DNA from: a bacterium
GTDB taxonomy: Bacteria > Bacillota > Clostridia > Oscillospirales > Ruminococcaceae
Assembly (NCBI GenBank): GCA_004561545.1
Contig: SFVK01000004.1
Location: 105,093 to 169,092, forward strand
Length of the DNA stretch: 64,000 bases
Reading direction: 5' to 3'
The translations under genes were made by a program, and so were the position numbers. Positions 1-9,327 of this stretch are shown one piece after another. Each line of letters begins with the position of its first letter. Positions within the stretch are counted from its first letter, which is position 1. The notes under the pieces were generated by a model that saw only the letters and a list, made by a program, of their open reading frames with translations, ran no database searches and was not told the origin of the DNA.

Positions 1-707
1 CTCAGCGAGAAGAACTCCACCGCACAGCGCTCTGCGCCGGGAATGTTGAAGATGCTGTGGCCCTCGGCGCCGTCAAAGATGATGTCGCTGTAGGCGTTGT
101 CATGGACGAGAAGGATGTCATACGCGTTACAGAAATCCACGATTTCCTGATAAATTTCCGGCGTTCCCACGCTGCCCACCGGGTTGGCGGGGAGCGACAC
201 AATCATGTATTTGGCCTTGCGGGCGACTTCGGCGGGGATGTCGGCCACATGGGGCAGAAAGCCGTGTTCGCGGCGCAGCGGGTAATAATAGGGCACGCCG
301 CCGCCCAGCCTGGAACCGGTGATGAAGACGGGGTAGCAGGGATCAGGCAGGAGCACGGTGTCGCCCTCGTTGAGCAAAGCAAGGCCCAGATGCCCGATGC
401 CGTCCTGGCTGCCCGAAAAGCTCATCACCCGGTCAGGCGTGATGGTATCGACGCCGAACCGGCGCTTGTAGTAGGCACAGACGGCGTCCAGCAGCTCGGG
501 CAGGTCCCGCAGGGAATACTTCCAGTTCTCGCTGTCAGCGGCGGCATCCATGAGGGCCTGCCGGATATGGGGCATCGGCGCAAAGTCCGGCGTACCCACC
601 GAGAGGTTATACAGCTTTTTGCCCTGGGCTTCCAGGGCCACTTTTTTGTCGTTGAGCGCGGCGAAAATCTCCGGTCCAAACAGATCCAGTCGTTTTGAAA
701 ATTCCAT
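1..707 (-). CDS. PLP-dependent class I/II aminotransferase (3' end runs off the window)
   Basis: Manual translation from ATG 707: MEFSKRLDLFGPEIF...LSVGTPDF...PDPCYPVF...PANPVG...HDNAYSDI; not in the ORF track because it has no stop in the window. Confidence 0.85.
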   Translation of the reverse strand, partial: MEFSKRLDLFGPEIFAALNDKKVALEAQGKKLYNLSVGTPDFAPMPHIRQALMDAAADSENWKYSLRDLPELLDAVCAYYKRRFGVDTITPDRVMSFSGSQDGIGHLGLALLNEGDTVLLPDPCYPVFITGSRLGGGVPYYYPLRREHGFLPHVADIPAEVARKAKYMIVSLPANPVGSVGTPEIYQEIVDFCNAYDILLVHDNAYSDIIFDGAEGHSIFNIPGAERCAVEFFSL

Positions 708-876
708 GGTGTTCCCCTCTTCCCCTGCAAAATTTACAGGTTTTTTGCATTTATCTTTTACTATACCACCCCCGAACCGCTTGCGCAAGAGGTGGGAAGG
801 TGTTATAATACGCTCTAAAATTATCAAAGTCCGAAGGGATTTGAAGTTGCAAAAATTCCGAAAAGGTTGTGAAAAG

Positions 877-1419
877 ATGAACAAACGGCATGATCACCGC
901 GCGGCCGCCTATTTACTGCTGGGCGTGGGCGCTGCGGGGCGCGCTTTTCTGGCGGTTCCCGAGGGTGTCAGCCTGGCGGAGCTGAGCCTGACGGTCCTGA
1001 TGGTGGCGGGTGCGCTGCTGCTCATCCGGGAGGGGCTGCAGGCGCTGTGCTGCGGCACGGCGGCGCTGGCGCTGGAGCTGGCGCTGTGCGGGTCCTGGGT
1101 TCAGGATGGCGGCTGGCTGCCCGTGGTGCTGCGGCTGGTGGATTTGTGGTTGCTGATGGGGCTTGCGGCGGGTGCCCTTGCCCCGGCGCGCCGGGTGATG
1201 GACGACCTGCGGTACACCAAAAGCACCCATACCATGTGGGTGGCCGAGGCCGTCATTCTGCTGGCCCACACGGTGCTGCGGGCGGTGAACCTGGCCGTTC
1301 CGGGCAGCGCCGGGCTGGCCACGGCGGTTTCGGTGAGCTTTGTGGCGTTCTCGGTGGTATTGCTGTGGTTCACGGTGCTGATGGTCAAGGCATCCACCGC
1401 ATTGCGCAACCAAAACTGA
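877..1419 (+). CDS. hypothetical multi-pass membrane protein
   Basis: Hydrophobic ORF MNKRHDHRAAAYLLLG..., host-like codon bias, followed by a terminator. Confidence 0.7.
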   Translation: MNKRHDHRAAAYLLLGVGAAGRAFLAVPEGVSLAELSLTVLMVAGALLLIREGLQALCCGTAALALELALCGSWVQDGGWLPVVLRLVDLWLLMGLAAGALAPARRVMDDLRYTKSTHTMWVAEAVILLAHTVLRAVNLAVPGSAGLATAVSVSFVAFSVVLLWFTVLMVKASTALRNQN

Positions 1420-1420
1420 C

Positions 1421-1457
1421 TTTTCCCTCTGTGCCAAGGCACAGGGGGATTTTTTTG
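1421..1457 (+). terminator. intrinsic terminator
   Basis: CCCTCTGTGCC-AA-GGCACAGGGG hairpin followed by a T-run. Confidence 0.7.
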
Positions 1458-1468
1458 AGGGAAATCTC

Positions 1469-1497
1469 TTTACATCTTTAATGTATAAAAGTATAAT
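1469..1497 (+). promoter_or_regulatory. sigma-A promoter of his operon with overlapping HisR-like operator
   Basis: TTTACA-17bp-TATAAT; CTTTA-N6-AAAAG dyad at 1476-1491 lies in the spacer. Confidence 0.65.
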
Positions 1498-1561
1498 AAT
1501 CCTATCTGTTCCCCCGCATTGCGGCGGGGGATGGCAAAGAGAGTGAAGAGGGGTACCAAGT

Positions 1562-3145
1562 ATGCAACTGGATCTTTCCCATTTTTCCCCCGTGGAGCGC
1601 AGCACGCTTCGGCTGCGGGTGCTCTACGAGCAGGCGGGCTACCGCAAGTACCGCTGTTCCCGTTTTGAGGAGTATTCCCTGTACCAGCAGAACGAGCGGT
1701 TTCTGGCGGATTCCCAGGTTGTCACCTTCACCGACCTGGACGGGCATCTGCGGGCCATCAAGCCCGATGTGACGCTCTCCATCGCGAAAAACGCCCAGCC
1801 CGCCCCCGGGGAGTGCAAAAAATATTACTACACCGAGCAGATCTGCCGGCCCAGCCGGGAGAGCCACACCTTCACCGAAATCAGTCAGATGGGCTTGGAG
1901 TGCATCGGCGCGGTGGGGCCCGCCGGTCAGGCCGAGGTGGTCGGACTGGCGCTGCAAAGTCTGGCCAGCCTGGAGGTTCCCACCGTGCTGGAGCTGAGTC
2001 ACATGGGCTTTGTGACGGCCCTGCTGGACGAGTTGGGCGTGGAATCCTCCGCCCGGCCCCGGCTGCTGGAGCTGCTGCGGGACAAAAACGCCCACGAACT
2101 GCGGGCGGCCGCGCTGGCGGCGGGCCTGGACGGGGAGGCCGCCGGCGCGCTGTGCGGCATTCTGGACCTGCATGGCCCCCTGGGGTCCACACTGACGGCG
2201 GCCCGGGCGGCCTGCCGGTGCGAGGGCCAGCGGCAGGCGCTGGAGGAGCTGCAGAGCCTGCAAAACGAACTGGGCGACGCCGGGCGCGGTATGCAGCTGG
2301 ACCTGAGCCTGGCGGGCGACATGGAATATTACAACGGCCTGGTGTTCAGCGGCTATGTGGCCGGGGTGCCCCGGGCGGTGCTCAAGGGCGGCCGGTACGA
2401 CCTGCTGGCCCAGCGGTTCACGCCGGGGGCCTGCGCGCTGGGCTTTGCGCTTTATCTGGACGAGCTGGAGCGCCTGAGCGCGCCGCTGCCCCCCGTGCAG
2501 CAGCAGGGCGGGCGCAGCTGGCTGAACATTGCGCTGCCCAAGGGGCGCTTGGGCGACAAGGCCTACCGCCTGCTGGCCGGGGCCGGCTACGGCGCCACCG
2601 AGGACTACAACGCCACCCGCAAGCTGGTGGTGGAGAACCCTGCGGCCGGTGTGCGGTACTTTCTGGTCAAGCCCAGCGACGTGGCCATCTATGTGGAGCA
2701 CGGCGCGGCGGACATCGGCATTGTGGGCAAGGACATTCTGGCGGAATCCGGCGCCGACGTCTATGAGCTGCTGGACACCCGCATGGGCCGCTGCCGTATG
2801 TGCGTGGCGGGGCCCAAAAGCTTTGTGGACGACGAGAGCCGCGCGCTGCGGGTGGCCACCAAGTTTGTGAACATCGCCCGCGCCCATTATGAGAGCATCG
2901 GGCGGGACATCGACATCATCAAGCTCAACGGTTCCATCGAGCTGGCGCCCATCCTGGGGTTGTCCGATGTGATCGTGGACATTGTGGAGACCGGCACCAC
3001 TCTGCGGGAAAACGACCTGACCGTGATCGAGGAATTTATGCCCATCTCGGCCCGGTTCATCGCCAACAAGGCGAGCTACAAGTTCAAGTACCGCCAGATG
3101 ACCGAGCTGCTGGACAAAATGAAGGAGGCTCTGGACAATGATTAA
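1562..3145 (+). CDS. hisZ-hisG: fused ATP phosphoribosyltransferase regulatory subunit HisZ / short-form HisG
   Basis: N-terminal HisZ motifs (IKPDVTLSI, QMGLE, EYYNGLVF, GGRYD), then HisG (LNIALPKGRL, VATKF, GSIELAP, DIVETGTTL) in one frame. Confidence 0.92.
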   Translation: MQLDLSHFSPVERSTLRLRVLYEQAGYRKYRCSRFEEYSLYQQNERFLADSQVVTFTDLDGHLRAIKPDVTLSIAKNAQPAPGECKKYYYTEQICRPSRESHTFTEISQMGLECIGAVGPAGQAEVVGLALQSLASLEVPTVLELSHMGFVTALLDELGVESSARPRLLELLRDKNAHELRAAALAAGLDGEAAGALCGILDLHGPLGSTLTAARAACRCEGQRQALEELQSLQNELGDAGRGMQLDLSLAGDMEYYNGLVFSGYVAGVPRAVLKGGRYDLLAQRFTPGACALGFALYLDELERLSAPLPPVQQQGGRSWLNIALPKGRLGDKAYRLLAGAGYGATEDYNATRKLVVENPAAGVRYFLVKPSDVAIYVEHGAADIGIVGKDILAESGADVYELLDTRMGRCRMCVAGPKSFVDDESRALRVATKFVNIARAHYESIGRDIDIIKLNGSIELAPILGLSDVIVDIVETGTTLRENDLTVIEEFMPISARFIANKASYKFKYRQMTELLDKMKEALDND

Positions 3146-4421
3146 GATTTATGAGTTTGACGCCCTCAAGCCCGAGGAGATTCTGAACCGCGACATCCGC
3201 GCCGAGGCCAACGTGGAGGCCACGGTGGATGCCATCATCGCCGATGTGCGTGCCCGCGGCGACGCGGCATTGAGGGATTACGCCCTGAAATTCGACCATG
3301 CAAAGCTGGATTCCATCCAGGTCAGCCAGGCCGAGATCGACGAGGCCTTTGCCGCCTCCGATCCCGATTTTCTTGAGACGCTGCGCATGGCGGCGGACAA
3401 CATCCGGCATTTCCATGAGCATCAGGTCCACAAAAACTTTGTGGTGAACGACACCCCCGGCATTGTGCTGGGCCAGAAATACACCCCCATTGAGCGGGCG
3501 GGCGTCTATGTGCCGGGCGGCACGGCGGCGTACCCCAGCACGGTGCTGATGGACGTGATTCCCGCCAAGGTGGCCGGCGTGAGCGAGATTGTCATGACCA
3601 CCCCCGCCGGGCCGGACGGCAAGGTGAACCCCGCCATTCTGGCGGCGGCGGTCATCGCGGGCATTGACAAGATTTTCAAGACCGGCGGTGCCCAGGCCGT
3701 GGCCGCGCTGGCCTACGGCACGCAGAGCATTCCCGCCGTGGACAAGATCGTGGGGCCCGGCAACATCTATGTGGCCACCGCCAAGCGCAAGGTTTTTGGC
3801 AAGGTGGGCATTGACATGATCGCCGGCCCCTCCGAGATTCTGGTGCTGGCCGACGGCAGCTGCAACCCCGCCTGGGTGGCGGCCGACCTGCTGAGCCAGG
3901 CCGAGCACGACAAGCTGGCCAGCCCCGTGCTGGTGACCGACAGCGCCGCGCTGGCCAAAGCCGTACAGCAGGAGCTGGAGGTGCAGATTCCCCAGCTTCC
4001 CCGCGCCGCCATCGCCCGGGAGAGCGTGGACACCAACGGCAAAATCATTGTGACCGACGACATGGCCAAGGCGGTGGACGCCGTCAACATCATTGCTCCG
4101 GAACATCTGGAACTCTGCGTGGACGATCCCTTCGCAGTGCTCAACAGCGTCAAGAACGCCGGGAGCATCTTCCTGGGCAAAAACGTGCCGGAAGCGCTGG
4201 GCGATTACTTTGCCGGGCCCAACCACACGCTGCCCACCTCCGGCACGGCGCGGTTCTCCAGTCCTCTGGGCGTGGACGACTTTGTGAAAAAGTCCAGCTT
4301 TATCTACTACACCCGGGACGCCCTGGGCGCGGTGCAGGGCCGCATTGCGGACTTTGCCGAGCATGAGGGCCTGCACGCCCACGCCAAAAGCGTGACCATC
4401 CGGTACGAGGACGAAAAATAA
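3138..4421 (+). CDS. hisD: histidinol dehydrogenase
   Basis: GVYVPGG, KIVGPGN, DMIAGPSE, QAEHD, APEHLEL, AGPNHTLPT. Confidence 0.97.
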   Translation: MIKIYEFDALKPEEILNRDIRAEANVEATVDAIIADVRARGDAALRDYALKFDHAKLDSIQVSQAEIDEAFAASDPDFLETLRMAADNIRHFHEHQVHKNFVVNDTPGIVLGQKYTPIERAGVYVPGGTAAYPSTVLMDVIPAKVAGVSEIVMTTPAGPDGKVNPAILAAAVIAGIDKIFKTGGAQAVAALAYGTQSIPAVDKIVGPGNIYVATAKRKVFGKVGIDMIAGPSEILVLADGSCNPAWVAADLLSQAEHDKLASPVLVTDSAALAKAVQQELEVQIPQLPRAAIARESVDTNGKIIVTDDMAKAVDAVNIIAPEHLELCVDDPFAVLNSVKNAGSIFLGKNVPEALGDYFAGPNHTLPTSGTARFSSPLGVDDFVKKSSFIYYTRDALGAVQGRIADFAEHEGLHAHAKSVTIRYEDEK

Positions 4422-4452
4422 TCCGCATCAAGCAAAAAGGGAGGAACCCCTG

Positions 4453-5514
4453 ATGAGCCGTTATTTTACTTCCACCCTGGCCGCGCTGGAGCCTTACACC
4501 CCCGGCGAACAGCTCAAAATTGACAATCTGGTCAAGCTCAACGCAAACGAAAACCCCTATCCCCCGGCGCCCGGCGTGGCGGCGGCGGTGGCCGGGACGG
4601 TGGACGGGCTGCGGCTGTACTCCGACCTGACCGAGGCGGATCTGTGCGCCGCCATTGCCGCGCACTGCGGCGTCGCGCCGGAGAACATTCTGTGCGGCAA
4701 CGGCAGCGACGAAAATCTGCTGCTGGCGCTGCGGGCCTTCTGCGACCAAACCCACCCGCTGGCGTCGGCGGACATTACTTATAGCTTTTATCCGGTTCTG
4801 TGTGATCTGATGCACATTCCCCAGCACATCATCCCGCTGGAGGAGGATTTCACCATGGATCTGAGCCGCTACTGCGGCCTGGGGGAAACCATCGTCATTG
4901 CCAACCCCAACGCCCCCACCAGCCTGCTGGCTCCCCGGGACGCCATTGAGGAAGTGGTGCGCACCAATCCCGACAACGTGGTGATTGTGGACGAGGCCTA
5001 CATTGCCTTTGCGGGGCCGGACGCTTCCTGTGTGCCGCTGACCCGGAAGTATGACAACGTGATGGTGGTTCGGACTTTCTCCAAGTCCCACAATCTGGCG
5101 GGCGCCCGGCTGGGCTACTGCGTGGCGTCCGCCGGGCTGATCGCCGACATGAACCGCGTCAAGTTCAGCTACAGTCCCTACAACGTCAACTCAATGACCC
5201 AGGCCGCCGGGAAAGCGGCCATCGAGGATGAGGCGTATTTCGCCGCCACGACAAAGAAAATTCTTTCCGCCCGCGCCGACGCCGCGCACCGCCTGCGGGA
5301 GCGGGGCTTTTGGGTGGCCGAGTCCGCCACCAACTTTCTGTTCACCACCACCGACCGGATGCCCTGCGGCGAGATTTTCCGCCGCCTGCGGGAGCGGGGC
5401 GTGCTGATCCGCTATTTCAACGCGCCGCGCATTGACAATTATCTGCGCATCACGGTGGGCACCCCCGAACAGATGGACCGGCTCTTTGCCGGACTGGATG
5501 AGATTTTGGGGTGA
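4453..5514 (+). CDS. hisC: histidinol-phosphate aminotransferase
   Basis: KLNANENPY, GNGSDE, DEAY, RTFSK, GARLGY; his operon context. Confidence 0.95.
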   Translation: MSRYFTSTLAALEPYTPGEQLKIDNLVKLNANENPYPPAPGVAAAVAGTVDGLRLYSDLTEADLCAAIAAHCGVAPENILCGNGSDENLLLALRAFCDQTHPLASADITYSFYPVLCDLMHIPQHIIPLEEDFTMDLSRYCGLGETIVIANPNAPTSLLAPRDAIEEVVRTNPDNVVIVDEAYIAFAGPDASCVPLTRKYDNVMVVRTFSKSHNLAGARLGYCVASAGLIADMNRVKFSYSPYNVNSMTQAAGKAAIEDEAYFAATTKKILSARADAAHRLRERGFWVAESATNFLFTTTDRMPCGEIFRRLRERGVLIRYFNAPRIDNYLRITVGTPEQMDRLFAGLDEILG

Positions 5515-5545
5515 CCATCGATCTGAGGGAAAAGAGGGAACGTAT

Positions 5546-6163
5546 ATGATCGCCATTATTGACTACGGTGTGGGCAACCTGTTCAGCCTGGCGTCCAGCC
5601 TCAAAAGCCTGGGGCTGGAAACGGCCGTCACCCGCGACCCGGCGGTGATCCGCGCCGCAGACCGCATCATTCTGCCCGGCGTGGGCGCCTTTGCCGACGC
5701 CATGGCCAAGCTGGAGGCCACCGGCCTGGTGCCGGTTCTGCGGCAGGAAGTGCAGCGCAAGCCGCTGCTGGGCATCTGCCTGGGGATGCAGCTTCTCTTT
5801 GAAAAAAGCTACGAGTACGGCGAACATGCCGGCCTGGGGCTGATCCCCGGCGCGGTCCGCCCGCTGGCCGACGACCTGAAGGACCCCGCCCTCAAGGTTC
5901 CCCACATCGGCTGGAACCGTCTGGATCTGGTGCCCGGGCGGGAGGATGATCCCCTGTTCCGGTACACCCGCCCCGGGGAGTATGTTTATTATGTTCACAG
6001 CTTTTACGCCACCGGCTGCGCGGATTACACGCTGGCCACCAGCGAATACAGCCTTCCGGTGACCGGCGCGGTGCGCAACGGGCTGGTGTACGGCACCCAG
6101 TTCCATCCCGAAAAGTCCGGCGATACCGGGCTGCGGATGCTGCGGGCCTTTGCGGAGCTTTGA
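5546..6163 (+). CDS. hisH: imidazole glycerol phosphate synthase, glutaminase subunit
   Basis: IIDYGVGN, LPGVGAF, GICLGMQ, QFHPEKS. Confidence 0.96.
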   Translation: MIAIIDYGVGNLFSLASSLKSLGLETAVTRDPAVIRAADRIILPGVGAFADAMAKLEATGLVPVLRQEVQRKPLLGICLGMQLLFEKSYEYGEHAGLGLIPGAVRPLADDLKDPALKVPHIGWNRLDLVPGREDDPLFRYTRPGEYVYYVHSFYATGCADYTLATSEYSLPVTGAVRNGLVYGTQFHPEKSGDTGLRMLRAFAEL

Positions 6164-6177
6164 GGGGAGGAATCGGT

Positions 6178-6894
6178 ATGAATCTTTACCCTGCCATTGA
6201 CCTGCGGGGCGGCCAGGCGGTGCGGCTGTACCAGGGCGACTACGACCGGATGACGGTCTACAACGCCGACCCGCCCGCCCAGGCGCGGGCATTCCTCGCC
6301 GCCGGGGCCAGATTCCTCCATGTGGTGGACCTGGACGGCGCGAAGGACGACACCACCGCCAACCGGGAGACCATCGCCGCCATTGCCCGCCAGGGCGGGC
6401 TGTTTCTGGAGGTGGGCGGCGGCATCCGGGACGAGGCGCGCATCGAGAGCTACCTCTCCCTGGGCGTGGGGCGCTGCATTCTGGGCACCGTCGCGGTGAA
6501 GGATTTTGCCTTCACCGCCCGCATGGCCAAAAAACACGGCAGCCGCATCGCCGTGGGGGTGGATATGCGGGACGGCTATGTGGCCGTCAACGGCTGGAAG
6601 GAAATCACCCCCGAGCCGGGCATTGATTTCTGCCGCCGCTGCGCCGACGCGGGCGTGCAGGCCATCATCGCCACCGATATCTCCCGGGACGGCACCATGC
6701 AGGGCACCAACATGGACCTTTACCGGGAATTGCTGACCATCCCGGGGCTGGAAATCACCGCCTCGGGCGGCATTGCCCGGATGGAGGAGCTGGAAACCCT
6801 GCAGGCCATGCACTGCCACGCCGCCATTCTGGGCAAATCCATCTACACCGGGGCCATTGATCTGGCCGAGGCGGTGCGCCGCTATCAGGACTGA
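6178..6894 (+). CDS. hisA: ProFAR isomerase
   Basis: PAIDL..G.AVRL.QG, HVVDLDGA, GGGIR, TDISRDGT. Confidence 0.96.
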   Translation: MNLYPAIDLRGGQAVRLYQGDYDRMTVYNADPPAQARAFLAAGARFLHVVDLDGAKDDTTANRETIAAIARQGGLFLEVGGGIRDEARIESYLSLGVGRCILGTVAVKDFAFTARMAKKHGSRIAVGVDMRDGYVAVNGWKEITPEPGIDFCRRCADAGVQAIIATDISRDGTMQGTNMDLYRELLTIPGLEITASGGIARMEELETLQAMHCHAAILGKSIYTGAIDLAEAVRRYQD

Positions 6895-6915
6895 TTGAGC
6901 GAGGGGGAAGGAAGT

Positions 6916-7674
6916 ATGATTACCAAGCGCATTATTCCCTGCCTGGACGTCAAAAACGGCCGGGTGGTCAAGGGCGTCAATTTTGAGGGGCTGCAGGACA
7001 TGGCGGACCCCGTGGAGATGGCCCATTTTTACAACGCTGCCGGGGCGGACGAGCTGGTGTTCTATGACATCACCGCCAGCGTGGAGGGCCGCACCATCTT
7101 TACCGACATCCTGCGCCGGGTCGCCAGCGAGATTTTCATCCCCCTGACGGTGGGCGGCGGCATCGGCACGCTGGAGGATTTTGACCGGGTGCTCAAGTGT
7201 GGGGCCGACAAGGTGAGCGTCAACTCGGGCGCCATCAAAAACCCGGGCATCATCCCCGCTGCAGCCCAGCGCTACGGCAACCAGTGCGTCGTGCTTTCCG
7301 CTGACATCAAGCGGGTGGACGGCCGGTTCATGCTGTTCGCCAGGGGCGGACGGGAAAACACCGGCATCGACGCGCTGGACTGGCTGGAACAGGGCGTCAA
7401 AAACGGCGCCGGCGAGCTGGTGGTCAACTCCATCGACACCGACGGCGTGAAAAACGGCTTTGACCTGGAACTGCTGGACGCTGTGGCCAAACGGTGCGCC
7501 GTGCCCATCATCGCCTCGGGCGGCGCGGGAACGATGGAGGATTTTAAGGAGCTGTTTCTCAACCACCCCGGCGTGGACGCCGGTCTGGCGGCTTCCATCT
7601 TCCACACCAAACAGGTGGGCATCCGCGCCCTCAAGGGGTATCTGCGGGAAAACGGGGTCGAGATGCGGCTGTGA
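6916..7674 (+). CDS. hisF: imidazole glycerol phosphate synthase, cyclase subunit
   Basis: KRIIPCLDV, GADELVF.DI, GADKVSVN, IASGGAG. Confidence 0.97.
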   Translation: MITKRIIPCLDVKNGRVVKGVNFEGLQDMADPVEMAHFYNAAGADELVFYDITASVEGRTIFTDILRRVASEIFIPLTVGGGIGTLEDFDRVLKCGADKVSVNSGAIKNPGIIPAAAQRYGNQCVVLSADIKRVDGRFMLFARGGRENTGIDALDWLEQGVKNGAGELVVNSIDTDGVKNGFDLELLDAVAKRCAVPIIASGGAGTMEDFKELFLNHPGVDAGLAASIFHTKQVGIRALKGYLRENGVEMRL

Positions 7675-7683
7675 TTTTCCCTC

Positions 7684-7712
7684 TTGCCAAACAGCGAAAA
7701 AAACGCTACACT
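7684..7712 (+). promoter_or_regulatory. possible internal sigma-A promoter for hisIE-hisJ
   Basis: TTGCCA-17bp-TACACT in an AT-rich gap. Confidence 0.45.
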
Positions 7713-7743
7713 ATAAAGTATCAATACGATTGAGGAGTCCATC

Positions 7744-8400
7744 ATGGAAATCACCGAAAATTCCAAAACGCTCAAATTTGACGGCAACGGCCTGATCCCC
7801 GCCATTGTGCAGGACCACTACACCAAGGAGGTTCTGACGCTGGCCTACATGAATGCCGAGACACTGGCGCTCACCATCGCGGAGGGCCGCACCGTTTTCT
7901 GGTCCCGCAGCCGTCAGGAGATCTGGCGCAAGGGCGAGACTTCCGGCAATGTGCAGCGGGTGGTTTCCATCACCGCCGACTGCGACAAGGACGCCCTGGT
8001 GGTGGATGTGGTCAAGTCCGGCCCCGCCTGCCATACCGGCGCCGAGAGCTGCTTCTTCAACCCCGTCTATGTGTCGGACGAGCTCAAGCAGTTCACCTGG
8101 CAGGGCCTGTATGAGCTGATCAAGGGCCGCAAGACCAACCCCAAGGAGGGCAGTTACACCACCTACCTCTTTGACAAGGGCCTGGAAAAGATCCTCAAGA
8201 AGGTGGGCGAGGAGTCCACCGAGGTGATCATTGCCGGTTCCAAGCGGGACAAGGAAGAGACTGTCTATGAAATCAGCGACCTTGCCTACCATGTGATGGT
8301 GCTCATGATTGAGTTGGGCATCTCGGTGGAGGACATCACCAGGGAGCTGGAAAAACGTCATGTTATCGATCACAAAGTGAAGCAGGAGAGGATGCAGTAA
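7744..8400 (+). CDS. hisIE: bifunctional PR-AMP cyclohydrolase / PR-ATP pyrophosphatase
   Basis: [35 protein letters not shown]. Confidence 0.95.
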   Translation: MEITENSKTLKFDGNGLIPAIVQDHYTKEVLTLAYMNAETLALTIAEGRTVFWSRSRQEIWRKGETSGNVQRVVSITADCDKDALVVDVVKSGPACHTGAESCFFNPVYVSDELKQFTWQGLYELIKGRKTNPKEGSYTTYLFDKGLEKILKKVGEESTEVIIAGSKRDKEETVYEISDLAYHVMVLMIELGISVEDITRELEKRHVIDHKVKQERMQ

Positions 8401-9227
8401 TGGCAAAGGAGTATCTGCTGAGTTCGGTACACGTTCACTCAAAGCTGTGCGACGGCAAAAACACCCCCGAGGAGCTGGCGGTCACTGCCTGGAAGCAGGG
8501 GCTGCAAACGCTGGGGTTTTCGGGCCACAGCCACACCCCCCACGACATTGAATACTGCATGACCAACGCCCGCACCCAGCTCTACCGGGCGCAGGTGGCC
8601 AAGCTCAAGGAGCGCTATACCGGCAAGCTGGATATTCTGTGCGGGCTGGAATGGGATCTGCTCAGCGATGACGACCCCGCCGCCTACGATTACTGGATTG
8701 GCAGCACCCACTATGTGCAGGGGCCCCGCACCGGCAAATACTATGAGATTGACTGGCGGGAAGCGGACCTTGCCGCCTGCATTCAGGAGGATTTTGACGG
8801 GGACGGCCTGGCCGTGGTGGAGGCCTACTTTGCCAATGTGGCCGCCGTGGCCGCAAAAGAGCCCACGATTCTGGGCCACTTTGACCTGATCAAAAAGGTC
8901 AACGCCGGCAACAAGTTCTTTGACGAGAACGACGAGCGGTACACCGCCGCTGCCGACAAAGCGCTGCGGACGGCCGCCGAGCATCGCTGTGTGCTGGAAG
9001 TCAACACCGGCGCGGTTTACCGCGGGTTCCGAAAGGATTTCTTCCCCTCCCCCGCCCTGCTGAAGGACTGGCTGGCCCTGGGCGGCGACGTGGTCATCAC
9101 CGCCGACGCCCACGATGCCCGGGCGCTGACCTTCGGCTTTAAGGAGGCCGCCGCCCAGCTGCGGGAACTGGGCTACCAGCGGGTGCTGGTGCTGGGCAGG
9201 GATGGCCTTGTTCCCGCCGCGCTGTAA
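8400..9227 (+). CDS. hisJ: PHP-family histidinol-phosphatase (HisJ/HisK type)
   Basis: HVHS..CDG, GLE, IGSTH, GHFDL, LEVNT, DAH; last gene of the his cluster. Confidence 0.8.
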   Translation: MAKEYLLSSVHVHSKLCDGKNTPEELAVTAWKQGLQTLGFSGHSHTPHDIEYCMTNARTQLYRAQVAKLKERYTGKLDILCGLEWDLLSDDDPAAYDYWIGSTHYVQGPRTGKYYEIDWREADLAACIQEDFDGDGLAVVEAYFANVAAVAAKEPTILGHFDLIKKVNAGNKFFDENDERYTAAADKALRTAAEHRCVLEVNTGAVYRGFRKDFFPSPALLKDWLALGGDVVITADAHDARALTFGFKEAAAQLRELGYQRVLVLGRDGLVPAAL

Positions 9228-9327
9228 CCCAACAAAACGCATTTCTGCCGGGCGCGGTCCTGCCGTGCCCGGATTTTGCTGTATCTGCAAACAAGGATTT
9301 TGAACAAAAGGAAGGCTGTCAGAACAC

